DNA of 64,000 nt, from assembly GCA_950097015.1 (NCBI GenBank), contig CATNEN010000039.1, positions 10,416,001-10,480,000 of the forward strand, in the 5' to 3' direction. Each line of letters opens with the position of its first letter. Position 1 is the stretch's first letter. Positions 12,720 to 47,715 of this stretch are shown here, piece after piece. Both the position numbers and the translations under genes were made by a program. Below the pieces are notes generated by a model. The model made no database searches. It was not told the origin of the DNA and saw only the letters and a program-made list of their open reading frames with translations. Source of the DNA: Macrostomum hystrix (Eukaryota > Animalia > Platyhelminthes).

Positions 12720-13662
12720 TTGTTCTTGTACTCGCCTTTGGCTGAAGCTAAAATTGCCAGATAAGAAATGAACGTGCAGGGCCTTTGACTTTCGCGAATC
12801 AGCAGTTAATTTATGCATACGCAAGCAAAGTACGCACCAGCGGTATGAGGCGAGATCTTGAAATGGCCAAAGAAATTGCTACAAGAGTACACTGCTGTGA
12901 GCGCAGTACCTGCCTTGCACCTTCTTGTACCATTCCTATGCGACGAGAAGCATGGCCAGGTGTACTTATTAGGTACACTGATCAACCTGCACTCTCTTTC
13001 TTGAGTTGTTCCTAGAGTCTTGCAGTGACGACTATTTAGAAGTAGTAAAAAAAGGCTTGCAATCAACGCGTGGTATACGTCTCATGTGTATGTTGAACTA
13101 TAACTGTTAGCTTATGGCAGCAAACACGGATAATGCATATCCGGCTTCTTCTCTTCCTCATCCATGCCTCAATCCAGGTAGATGCTATTGAAACCGTCAA
13201 GTAAATTTTTGTACGGTATTTTTCGTTTAATGCACGCCTTCTGGGCATTAGTCTGACAGGAACACTGCTTAACTGCTTTTGCTCGCAAAGTCTCACCGAT
13301 TGAATTTCAAAGAATTTCTCCAGCGCTTTGCTCCGAAGTCTATTTACTTTAACATAGTTTATTGTTTATTTTATTGTACAACTTTCTTACTAGCTAGAAC
13401 TTACTAGATCATACTTGTATCTAGAGCCTTTTAAAGAGACTACGACCTGTGCAGTTTTCTAATATTGTACTGTCGGTCAAAATTATCTGTCTCATTTGGC
13501 ATTTTGCAAAAAAGCAAGACTAAAATAGTAAAGAAATTTCAATATCTGAACTACTCTAAATCTGTAAAAACTCATAAAGAAAAATCATCTCTAATATAAT
13601 ATTCCAGACCCACTACTTTTAGTAACAATCTTTGGGAAAGGCTAAGCTGGCAAAAGTGTGGA

Positions 13663-14154
13663 ATGTCTCAGCCGAGCTCCGCTGTTATAGTTGAAGGCGA
13701 AGCGCCAGAATCTGATGACGAGCAAGAAGACTTGCATCAGAGCCGCATTCTCGAAACTGATTCTGTAAAGCGTGAACTAGAAAATCAAACATCAGCTGCT
13801 GCAGAGAACGCGTTGCCTGCTGCAGCGGCAACATTATCAGTGCGGACTCAGACGCAGCAGCAGCAGCAAACGCGGCAACAGCAACAACAGCTGCAGCGTC
13901 GCTACGCTGGCAGCGCACTGCACGCTAGATTTTTTCAGGACGCTGGAAAATTTCAATCGGCCCTAGTTGCTAGGCGGGCTACAACCTACGAGGCGGCCAC
14001 CCGCGAGCTGCGCGGAGTTGCTAGCCAGCTGGCTAAGACTCACGCCAGCATTCAGGACGCCTCGCATGCGCTCAGGCTAACTACAAACGACTTGTATAAG
14101 CTAGACGACCGGCTGCAGGCACTAGCCAAGACAGACTGGCTAGCTGGCCTGTGA
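13663..14154 (+). CDS. BLOC1S3: Biogenesis of lysosome-related organelles complex 1 subunit 3
   Basis: N-terminal VIVEGEAPESDDE motif and a C-terminal coiled coil (QLAKTHASIQDASHALRLTTNDL..L), typical of BLOS3. Intronless. Confidence 0.8.
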   Translation: MSQPSSAVIVEGEAPESDDEQEDLHQSRILETDSVKRELENQTSAAAENALPAAAATLSVRTQTQQQQQTRQQQQQLQRRYAGSALHARFFQDAGKFQSALVARRATTYEAATRELRGVASQLAKTHASIQDASHALRLTTNDLYKLDDRLQALAKTDWLAGL

Positions 14155-14548
14155 TGCTTAATAAATCCCCTAAGTTTTACAGAACGATGCCTGTTGACGG
14201 TTATTTGATTGATCTTGTCGTACTGTCGTTTAAATTTCAATATTCTTTAGATAAATCATCAATGAATAGCACCCATGCTATTCTACGAGCTATGATCATT
14301 GTGATGTGTGTTATTTTTTAAATAAACAAGTTAAAATGATTTTATAAAATTATTTAATTTAATATTGTTCTTTTATTCTTCATTATTACTTAAATTCAAA
14401 AATCCTTTTGTATTAATTCAATAGTCAGAAAATTGTCCTAAAAATAGAGGTTAACCACACTTATGTGCACTTTTCTAATACCTGTCGTAGGTTTGATTAA
14501 CGATCGAAATAAAATACTCGCTGAATACTACTTGTGGCACATCTTCAG

Positions 14549-17534
14549 CTATCCAGAGTTGCAGCTTGTTGTGTCAGCGGCTTCGCCTTGGCCGGCGGCG
14601 GCTGCGGTCGCGCCGTCAGTCGCTTGAACTTTCAGCAGCGGCTTTTGCATTACCTGGCCGTGACACCGGCTGCTAAAGCTTCCATTGTTGTTGCAACAGC
14701 TAGGCGTCAGAAGCACACCGATTTGCGTCCGCCGAAGCCCACCTTGGCGCATCGTTTAGTTAATGCTGCGCCTAGCGCATTACAGCCCTACCTCAGACTG
14801 GCACGGTTAGACCGACCCATCGGCACCTGGCTGCTCTACCTGCCTTGCGCTTGGAGCATCACTATGGCAACGCCGAATGGTTTGCTGCCAGATCCGTTAG
14901 TATTGGGACTGTTCGGGTTGGGGGCTGTGCTGATGCGTGGAGCCGGCTGCACCATGAACGATATTCTCGACAGGTAAGTTGAGCCAGGTACTCTCGGTCA
15001 GCTCAAAGATAAGAGCAAATTATCATCAGTTAATGTGTTCGTACAGTTAGTCAGTCATCAATCGATGTACATGTAGTCGTACAGGTAGTCACAATGGTCG
15101 TCCTGATTCATGAGAACAGTTCAAGTTTTTGATAACGTCATTCGTCGTCTGGAATTTTTTAATAGAGCACATCTTCCCACAAAAGAAGACATTATTCGAC
15201 AGTTAAGGTTTCGTACAGTCGATTTCGAAGTATCAGTGAAGCAGTAACGTTTTAAACTTCCGAAAGAGAGTAGCCCGTAAAGGGCGGTTAATCCCTTTGT
15301 CCCTTATTAATCCCTTTACTTATTAGTAACAGTGACTGATTTCTTACTGGTATTAAAAATTAACTAACGACCTTTTATCTAGGGACTTTGACAAACTCGT
15401 CCAGCGAACAGAGGACCGGCCAATCCCATCTGGCCAAGTGTCCGTGCCACGCGCCACCGCATTCCTTGTTGGCCAATCACTACTGGCCGCTTGCATACTA
15501 TTTCAATTTGATTGGTTCACAGTAGGACTGGGCGTGGCCTCGCTAGGCCTTGTGGCCACCTATCCGCTGTTTAAGCGATTCACCTATTGGCCACAGGCGG
15601 CTCTAGGTACGGAAAGTTCAGCTTAAACAGTAATGTCTTAAACCGAACACAAATCAGTTTATAAATTAGAAATGCTTAGAGTGTCCGCCCAATAACGCCC
15701 TACATGTAGATAATAAATTAATTAACAGTGTTTTGCTTTTTTCCTGCGCGCTCCAGGCGTTACACTCAACTTCGGCGTTCTGATTGGTTACTCAGCCATC
15801 CAAGCTCACTGTGATTGGCCAGTAGTCTTGCCACTGTACGGAGCTGCTATCCTATGGACTATGATTTATGATACAATCTATTCCCATCAAGTACGGGCTT
15901 CAATAACTAAATAGTATTTATCAAATTTTTTTGTGAAAACGTGGTTTGTTTGCATTTTTAAACCTAAACTATTTCTTGTTTAACCTTAGCTAGTATTTGC
16001 ACCGCCAAGCAGTCTGCTCACAGCTGTGTTGTTGTCCTTAGTGTAACCTACTAGCTACTCAGTGCGTGTGTATCGCTCATTAAGTCTCATTTAGTTGCAC
16101 CAGGATGGAAAAAGAACTCAAAAGTTGATAGTTGCCGCTGCCCCCGGTTTTGTCACCTGGTGTAGCCCTAAATTATTTAATAAACAGTGACCAAAAAACC
16201 CGGCTGGATATCAATGTTCAGTCTCTGGCTTGTTCAAGCTGAGTAACCAATCAGTAAATGGCGGCGGAACATTGTAGTAGGAATAGCATTGTGACACGCA
16301 TTGAATTGACTGCATCCTTCCTATGCACTAAAAGCTATTCAATTATCAATCTAATTGCAGGCCTCACATTTAACTATGGGGCATTGTTGGGCTACGCTGC
16401 CATTAACGGCGGCCTCAATCCTGCCGTTTGCCTGCCCCTCTATGCGGCCGGTTTTTGCTGGACAATGGTCTATGACACCATTTATGCGCACCAGGTGACC
16501 AAACCTGAGGGCTGGTCTAGGGGCGGTTTTAGACAGAGATGGCGGTTGCTTATGGATTTAAGTATCTTTTATTTGCTACTTAAAGTACAATGCAAAATAT
16601 TTTTTCTTTGCTTGTTTTTTCAGCTCTAACCTAATTAGAGCTGACTAACTAACCTACATTATTAGTTGCAATAGAAAACGGATTTTACTAATATCTCACT
16701 CAGTTTTTTGTTTAGTTATGAAATGCAAAAAAGTAAAAAGAAAATTAAAGTGCTCTCCGAACTAAATTAACTGGAACTACTGTTTTGTATTGAAAAGTTA
16801 AACAGGGGTGTAGGGACTGTCCGACGCGAGGCGATTCTGCCTTTTCCCCTGAACCCTGAGCACACGCACGCTGGCACATACACACAAAGAGGTGTCTATC
16901 TACATGAACCTTCAACCTTCAAGGCACAGTAAGGTGCACAGTACACTGTCCGACAGTGTGCTCAGGAGTCAGCGAAATGGGCAGAATTGCCGAAAAGCCT
17001 ACACGACTGATACTTTTTTAGTATTTTGTAGCAAAATTCGCATGAATTCTAGTTTATAGAATTGTTCTACTAACAGTAATACTCCTGGTACGCAATCGTA
17101 TATAATTATAATTCAAGCAAACCTTGTTTTTCAATATTTTGCTCACACTTTAGGACAAAGAGGACGACCTGATCGCTGGCGTCAAGTCTACCGCCCTGCT
17201 GTTCGGTGATGCAACAAAGACCTGGCTAACAGGCTTCACCCTGGGCATGGCGCTAATGCTGGCCACAGCTGGGGTTAACGCTAATTGCGGCCTGTTCTAT
17301 CACGCCGGCGCCATGTTCGCCTCGCTGCACCTGGCCCAGCAGGTGGCGAGCGTCCAGTTGGACAACCCGGCCGACTGTCTGGCCAAGTTCAAATCGAATC
17401 GCAATCTCGGCATCGCCTTCTGGCTAGCCCTGTTGTGCGAAAATTTCTTCGGCCTTCCGGCGCCAGGTTTCGGCGGCGGATTTGAGGCCGGCGATTCGGC
17501 CGACCTGTTCGACTCGTACGACGATAATGATTGA
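14549..17534 (+). CDS. COQ2: 4-hydroxybenzoate polyprenyltransferase COQ2 (exons 14549-14973, 15383-15606, [15757-15890 or 16361-16494], 17154-17534)
   Basis: UbiA motifs [69 protein letters not shown]. Exon sum is 1164 nt and in frame. There is no in-frame genomic ATG before the conserved core. Confidence 0.96.
15757..15890 (+). CDS. COQ2: COQ2 mutually exclusive exon, rhodoquinone (e) type
   Basis: 134 nt, ctccag|...|gtacgg. Encodes [45 protein letters not shown] with Leu4 and Ser43. Not present in the supplied ORF track. Confidence 0.9.
16140..16163 (+). promoter_or_regulatory. Intronic element complementary to the 5' splice site of the COQ2 UQ-type exon (candidate splicing docker)
   Basis: gcccccggttttgtcacctggtgt pairs with gcaccag|gtgaccaaacctgagggc (16488-16512): about 22 pairs, 11 of them contiguous Watson-Crick across the donor. 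Confidence 0.7.
16361..16494 (+). CDS. COQ2: COQ2 mutually exclusive exon, ubiquinone (a) type
   Basis: 134 nt, ttgcag|...|gtgacc. Encodes [45 protein letters not shown] with Phe4 and Ala43. Confidence 0.92.
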
Positions 17535-17679
17535 GTCGATTATAGCGTCTGTCTCAATCATTTAATTTTCGACCCGATACTAGATTAGTGAGATTGTTCT
17601 ATGACTTCAACCCGACCGAAAGACCCAATTTACACCTGATGGAAACCTTACCTGACAAGCGGCATTTTAAAGTCGTTTC

Positions 17680-18745
17680 AAACGCTTCTCTAACGACTCA
17701 AAGGCCTCTCAAGAGACTCAAAGGCTTCTCTAACGACTCAAAGGCCTCTCAAGAGACTCAAAGGCCTCTCAAGAGACTCAAAGGCCTCTCAAGAGACTCA
17801 AAGGCCTCTCAAGAGACTCAAAGGCCTCTCAAGAGACTCAAAGGCCTCTCAAGAGACTCAAAGGCCTCTCAAGAGACTCAAAGGCCTCTCAAGAGACTCA
17901 AAGGCCTCTCAAGAGACTCAAAGGCCTCTCAAGAGACTCAAAGGCCTCTCAAGAGACTCAAACGCTTCTCTAACGACTCAAAGGCCTCTCAAGAGACTCA
18001 AAGGCCTTTCAAGAGACTCAAACGCTTCTCTAACGACTCAAAGGCCTCTCAAGAGACTCAAAGGCCTCTTTAGCGACTCAAAAGCTTCTCTAACGACTCA
18101 AAGGCCTCTCAAGAGACTCAAAGGCCTCTCAAGAGACTCAAAGGCCTCTCAAGAGACTCAAAGGCCTCTCAAGAGACTCAAAGGCCTCTCAAGAGACTCA
18201 AAGGCCTCTCAAGAGACTCAAAGGCCTCTTTAGCGACTCAAAAGCTTCTCTAACGACTCAAAGGCCTCTCAAGAGACTCAAACGCTTCTCTAACGACTCA
18301 AAGGCCTCTCAAGAGACTCAAAGGCCTCTTTAGCGACTCAAAAGCTTCTCTAACGACTCAAAGGCCTCTCAAGAGACTCAAAGGCCTCTCAAGAGACTCA
18401 AACGCTTCTCTAACGACTCAAAGGCCTCTCAAGAGACTCAAAGGCCTCTCAAGAGACTCAAACGCTTCTCTAACGACTCAAAGGCCTCTCAAGAGACTCA
18501 AAGGCCTCTCAAGAGACTCAAACGCTTCTCTAACGACTCAAAGGCCTCTCAAGAGACTCAAAGGCCTCTCAAGAGACTCAAACGCTTCTCTAACGACTCA
18601 AAGGCCTCTCAAGAGACTCAAACGCTTCTCTAACGACTCAAAGGCCTCTCAAGAGACTCAAAGGCCTCTTTAGCGACTCAAAAGCTTCTCTAACGACTCA
18701 AAAGCCTCTGAAGAGACTCAAAGGCCTCTCTAATGACTCAATGGC
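17680..18745. repeat. 20-bp minisatellite (aaggcctctcaagagactca)n with interspersed variants
   Basis: About 53 tandem units downstream of the COQ2 stop. Confidence 0.97.
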
Positions 18746-19318
18746 CTCTTTGATCCCTGAGCACACGGATACGTACGCAAGCACTCTCACAGGTTTGTGT
18801 ACATCTGCCTTGATTTTATCATATCAGAGCAGTGTACAGGGAGAAGGGAGAAAGGCGAAAGCCCCCATTAACAAAGTGATTGATTATTTCTATATCGTTT
18901 TTAGTAAAATGTGCATAATTTTTAACGGAGTTTAGTTTTATTTAACCTATGAACATAAATTTAGTGTCCTGTTCAATTCACTATCGGCATTTTCTTCGTG
19001 TTAAGCTATAGCTGGTCGTGTGTTTGTGTGTGTGTGTGTCGTAAAGATGTTTTCTTGTTAGGAAACAATCAATGCTAGACTTTTATTATATAATAAAAAA
19101 TTTATGTATAAATAAATGATTTGAAAATCCACGAGAGTTGCAACCGATTACTCTCGTTATTTTGTCATGTGCCTTTGAAATTCGATTAAATTTATACAAG
19201 GAATAGTTCAATGTCCCTTACACATAAGAAAATAATTAATCAACTACCAGGATGATTTCCCCTGTGACAATTAATTGACTCGAGAACACGGGCAAACTTT
19301 CTGTTGCGCATCTTCTGA

Positions 19319-19564
19319 AACAAGAATCAAGTTGGCAGTCTTTTGGACCGTCGAGATATTCAACGGTTCTGGCCGAATGTCAGATTTTTCACACATGAGA
19401 TTTCACACACCACCCGAATGTACCTGCATCATCTCCGACTTCGGCGGTCACCGACCTTCGTCTAGACGGAGCTGCTTTGTGTATAGGGGTGTATGAAATA
19501 CACTTCCTTCCGACCTTCGGCCAGAACCGTTGAATATCTAGATGGTGGCGACTTAATTCTTGTT
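19319..19564. mobile_element. MITE-like element with ~55-60-bp terminal inverted repeats
   Basis: aacaagaatcaagttggca..ccgtcgagatattcaacggttctggccgaa is inverted as ttcggccagaaccgttgaatatctagatgg..tggcgacttaattcttgtt. Related gtcgagatattcaa motifs occur near 35830 and 46005-46150. Confidence 0.7.
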
Positions 19565-20019
19565 GCTCCGTTCGGGTGCAGCAAAAATAGTCTTCAGGGG
19601 GGGGGGAAACTCCCCCCTAGGTGTAAAAATGGCTTGGTAGTCCTACTGTTAAAGCTCAAATTGAATCACACACTTCAGCTAAGCATCTGATCTGACACTA
19701 CAGTCAGCCAAACTGTTCTATAAACTTGCTAAAAGTTCAGCAATTGATCATCCGCCATCAATTGGTGCCTAACTACATATCGTAATAATTTGACGCTGGA
19801 GATGCTTCAGTTAGGTAGCCAGTCCTTCTTTTGCAACTTCTCCGGTTTCCAAAGTTGCAACGGCAGCAGCAGCAAGAACAAGTGCTCGTCCATTAGCTAA
19901 TTAGCTGCACCCGTCGATGGGCACAGAACCGCTTTGTTCCGCGGATATTCTCAGCTTGATCCTACTATTAAAAGCGGTCGCCAATTAATTGCTAATTGAA
20001 GCTAATACCAGCTGCAACA

Positions 20020-43418
<23,399 letters not shown>

Positions 43419-43559
43419 TTTTAGATTGTATTTTAAATAGGCAGGTGTCACATTGTTAATCAGTACGGCTTTCATCTATTCATTTGCGTGTACTTTGCGT
43501 GTTTTAAATTGGGATAAATTTTATAAAATAGAGAAAAAAATTCACTCGACAACCAGTAG

Positions 43560-43735
43560 AAGTAGATGGACCGGAAGCAGTGTTTCTTAAAAAATGTTTA
43601 AGGGGCCTGTTTCTCGTTAAAAAGACACTACGCACTATTAATTAAAATTAAACACAGAAAATTCTATTTTTTGCGGTGAGAACCGGCCTCCGAAAACATT
43701 TTTCTAAGAAACATGGTTTCCGATCTTTCTACACT
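43560..43735. mobile_element. MITE-like imperfect inverted repeat downstream of the SMG1 stop
   Basis: ggaccggaagcagtgtttcttaaaaaatgttt versus aaacatttttctaagaaacatggtttccgatc. Confidence 0.5.
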
Positions 43736-45061
43736 CAGGCTGTGTACAACTGTTCGGTCCATGGACTGGGAAGGTGACTAGTGTTTTACTTATTGAAAAC
43801 TTATTTAATATGGCTTCAAAATGAAAAGTCTGTGTGCCAACTGATTTCTAATTATCAAATGATTTCACATTCGCATGCCCAATATTTATCCCGCATTGGT
43901 GCTTCATCACTATATAAATATCATTTGCTTTCTCCAATTTTGAGGAGAATTTTCACACTCTCCGTGTTGTTGCCATGTCGATTTCATTTCAATATCCGAA
44001 TAAATTCAATCCTTCCTAGGAAGGAAGGAAATGGGTTTTTAGTTTCTGTTTTACGCGGGTATTAGCCACTGCATGGCTTCTTTCTTCGCACCAATACCCT
44101 CTCAGCCATCGCTTGATTGGGCTAGATTTTTGGAAGGCTCAATTTTTTCCTCGTCAGAAAGCGATTATGATGAAGCAACAATATTCTGCCATTATATTCC
44201 ATCTGCAGTGCAGCCATGCGGTAATTATCTCGCAAGAATTAAGAATATAATATACTAGCTTAATAATAGAAATCGTACACCTAGCTATAGCCCCACTGGG
44301 CCAGATGTGACGCAGTCACAGCTTCCTGCTGTGTACAGCTTGCTGTACAGTCCATGGTTTGGGCAGGCCGTTACAAACACCTTAATTTCTACCCCTAGCT
44401 GATGCTAAAACCTATTTTAGAGCCTTGTGGAAGTTTAAGGAACTTTGGTCTCAGGGAAGGACCTGAGCTGAGTTGTTATTGAAAAAATTGACTGCAATTT
44501 GAGAAGAACTCGTGAAGGTCGTCGCTGCAACTGAGACCGCCAGCTGCGAATAGGCAATCCAATAATACACTTGTGTCGAAGGGTGCACCGGCTGCTGGCA
44601 ATTGTCGATTGAGTAAATATGCTTAGAAACGAGGCGGCAGCTATGCTCTATTTGTGTATGCATAAGATGCGGCCATGCTGCAGACTCCATGGCTATATAG
44701 TCAGTGCATGCTGCTATGGTTGGCAAATACTTTCCAAAACTGGTTCTGGCCAGTCTTGCATAGCTGAATCCTGGACGCATTGCTGCTTTCCCTGCTTTCT
44801 GCAGTTTCTCTGCTAGCCAGATGCAGACAGCAGCATTCACCAATCCCCGAGCAAGTCTTTCTCACCTAGCAGATCCGTTTCAAAAAATGGATGTGTTTAG
44901 CTTGGCTCTGATTGGCTGGCTCAGTTTTAAGTGGACTGCCTACAAATGGCAGCAAAAAATAATAAATTGACCTTAATGCAGGGACAAATGCGATTGTGCG
45001 ACTAGCAGCAATTCAACCTGATAGCGAGGCGACTTTCAAGCTGTATTGCAACGCAAGCACA

Positions 45062-46472
45062 ATGAGTAAGTCAGGTTTCCAAATTAAATTTAAAATAACG
45101 ATTTTGTTTGGGGCTGGGGGCAGAGCGGGTTGACGTGTTTACCTCTCGCATCGAAGTCCCTGAGCTCGATTCCGCGGCAAGGCTACATTAATTTGGGGCG
45201 CAGCCGGGAAGAGGCTTTGGGGGCTTGTCGCGTGCAATTGACGCCCTTGAGGCCCAACCTTCTGCACTGTCTGACAATGAGAAAGTCAGGGCAGATGTAC
45301 ACACCTGTGTGAGTGTGTGCCTGCGTACAGTATCTGTGTGCGTGCGTGTGTGCTCAGGAGTCAGCGGAATAGGCAGAATTGCCTCTTCGCTGGCTGCGGT
45401 TCTCGTGTTACCAAGTGATGAGCCTTTTCCCCTCCCGCAATTAAATAATTATTATTAGCGAGTCTTGTATTCTTTAACGAACTCTACATTTTAGCAGTCT
45501 GTTCGTTGACGCTCTGCTGTGTTTGTTTCTGTCTTTGCTGCCTACAAATACCTTGGGTTGCGGCTAATTCTTCAACAACCAGCGTTGCCATGACAACCAG
45601 TAGTTCTAGCAACGCCGCCAATAGGATCAAGTGCTACGTGTGCGACCCGTGCGGCATCACCGGCGCGCCGACTGCTGCTCAGGCTAATAACCGATCGATT
45701 TGCGAACAGTGCGGTGTATGACAACTTTCTCATTGTCAAGCGGTTGTTTTATTTTTCTAGCTTCTAGGCTTACGTAGCTCAAGATAACAACTGGGGGGTG
45801 GGTGGCAGAGTGCATGGCTAACTCACGAATCAACTCTTGTCTCACCAAGTTCCCCGAGCTCGATTCCGCTGTGAGGCCACATTCATTTGAGGGCCATAAA
45901 GGAGAAAAGACTCCTGACCAATCGCCATGAAAATCAAGAACGTCGGCTAACATTTTCCGCTCTACATGTATCAGATGAAAAAGCTTCCAGAATCACACCA
46001 GCATTGTCGAGATATTCAATGATTCTCGTCGGTGTGTCAAGTGGCAAAAATTTTCTGCTCACAAAATTTAATCATGTAACCATACAGATTCATACAGAGC
46101 AATGTTCTTGTCTTCGACAATAATTCCGCCTCGGAATCAACGTCTCGACGATGCTTACCTATTTATGTTATGTTCCTAGAGCAAATAGTTACTGGAGTAG
46201 TGCCACACACTATAAGACTTCTCAAATTTTGTCATCGCGAGCAGAAATCCGTAGTCGGCTATCTGGGAACCGTGACCAGAGTCACTAGAAAATGCTACCG
46301 ACGCGAGGACCCGGTGTACACCAGCTGCCAGCCTAGCGTTTCTAAGGACGCCGTGGACACGTGCTGCAGCAATGCCGACTATTGCAACAGAGTTGGCCGG
46401 CTATCTGCCTGGCTGCCGGCTCTGGCTGCGGCTCAGCTGTACACTCTCATTGTCCAGCAGCTGCGGCTCTGA
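45062..46472 (+). CDS. GPI-anchored Ly6/uPAR (three-finger, quiver-like) protein, 150 aa (exons 45062-45065, 45495-45715, 46245-46472)
   Basis: ATGA|gtaagt micro-exon, hydrophobic signal peptide, IKCYVCDPC..CEQCGK..RKC..SC..TCCSNADYCN, and a hydrophobic C-terminal GPI signal. Confidence 0.8.
45112..45440 (+). mobile_element. SINE family A, near full-length copy in Ly6 gene intron 1
   Basis: ggcagagcggg..ctgagctcgattccgc head plus the family body. Confidence 0.85.
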
Positions 46473-46976
46473 GCAGATGTTAATTAATCTTAACTAAGCG
46501 CCTAGTTAAACCGTCACGCTATTACACTACAGACTACTATGAGTATAATAAGAAGGCCTTTTTATCCGACACAATTTTTCTCTACACTCCGTTCAAGTGA
46601 ATCTTAGAAATGGTAAAAAGTAACGCGTAAAGTAAGATCTGTTTAATGTTAAAATAACGAAGGAGTCTAGACAAGTGAGATATTTCCATTGTGACAATTC
46701 GTTTCTTTTCATACAATCTCTTCAAATATGGAAATATATTTGCAAGCGCTTCTGCGTTTTCTAAAAGCAGTAACGAGTTCCTATACAAAACATATATAAA
46801 ACACATGCTTATTTGAATTGAATTTCTAAAATAGCAAAACTATAGACAGTTTCTTTTTAATGTTAATGAGCCTAGGCCTGATGCACAGAAGGTCTGAGGG
46901 TGCCTGGACTGATGATGCACTGATCAGTCCAGGCACGCCACGGACACTCCACAATGTTCACATTATTTTTTAGGCC

Positions 46977-47507
46977 CTACAAAATGGCGCATTGGCTGAT
47001 TCGGGCGCCAATAGACATTTGTCCAACAACGCCGTACTGAGCAAATGAGGCCTCCAAAGCGTCGTCAGCGGCTGCCAGCATCCGATGATCGAGCGCATCG
47101 CGCGAAACGGCAGATTTATCAGCCTGTGCTGCAGGTAGGGGCAGGGGCTTGGACCAGTCAGCAGGCGGCTGTTCCCGATACTGCCAGACATTGTTGCCTG
47201 TCATTGCCCGCAGTCTGGCGTGCCGGCGTCGCATTTCGCTAAGCACCAGAGCTTCGAATGCGGCTCGCTCCTCTGTCTGGTGCAGGCAGTTGGTGTGGTC
47301 CAATTCCCATTGGCTGCAGTCGGGCTGCGAGCCATAGACAAATTCGTGATGCTTGCGATAGGATCGGGTCTGACAGACTCGGAGTTCCTCCTTGTAGACT
47401 GAGCAGGGCTGCACGAGCCAGCTGTAGCGGTCCAAGTTGCAATTTGGCTCTGATTGGCTGTCGTCATTGCTGCCACCACTGGCTGAGGTGGCTGATGCTG
47501 TTTTCAT
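46977..47507 (-). CDS. UPF0545 / C22orf39 (DUF3128-like) homolog with a C-terminal CaaX
   Basis: WLVQPCSVYKEE..C..HHEFVYG..PDCSQWELD..NC..LSE.RR..R..NNVWQYREQPPADWSKPLP matches the C22orf39 family pattern. Ends in CAIL. Confidence 0.85.
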   Translation of the reverse strand: MKTASATSASGGSNDDSQSEPNCNLDRYSWLVQPCSVYKEELRVCQTRSYRKHHEFVYGSQPDCSQWELDHTNCLHQTEERAAFEALVLSEMRRRHARLRAMTGNNVWQYREQPPADWSKPLPLPAAQADKSAVSRDALDHRMLAAADDALEASFAQYGVVGQMSIGARISQCAIL

Positions 47508-47715
47508 CTTTGGCTATCAGATTGCAGAGAAGTTGACTGGAAAAAATTAAAGATCCATAACTGTACATTGTGACTAGAGCAGATATATTTGCAGGCCCAT
47601 TAAAAATTTGTAAATTTGGATCAGAGGAATGGCTAGGTAGAATTACCAATCATTATATTGACTATAATAACAAAGCTTTGACATTACTACTATGGCACAA
47701 TACTACCCTTACAGG

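Noticed and set aside
15757-16494. Duplicated COQ2 exon as a pseudo-exon or assembly duplication
   Set aside because: The two exons are diverged at the DNA level, yet both keep the frame, the 134-nt length, splice sites and the YDTIY.HQ motif, which indicates selection on both.
44451-44843. 130-aa minus-strand ORF
   Set aside because: No ATG start, no recognisable domain and no supporting splice structure.
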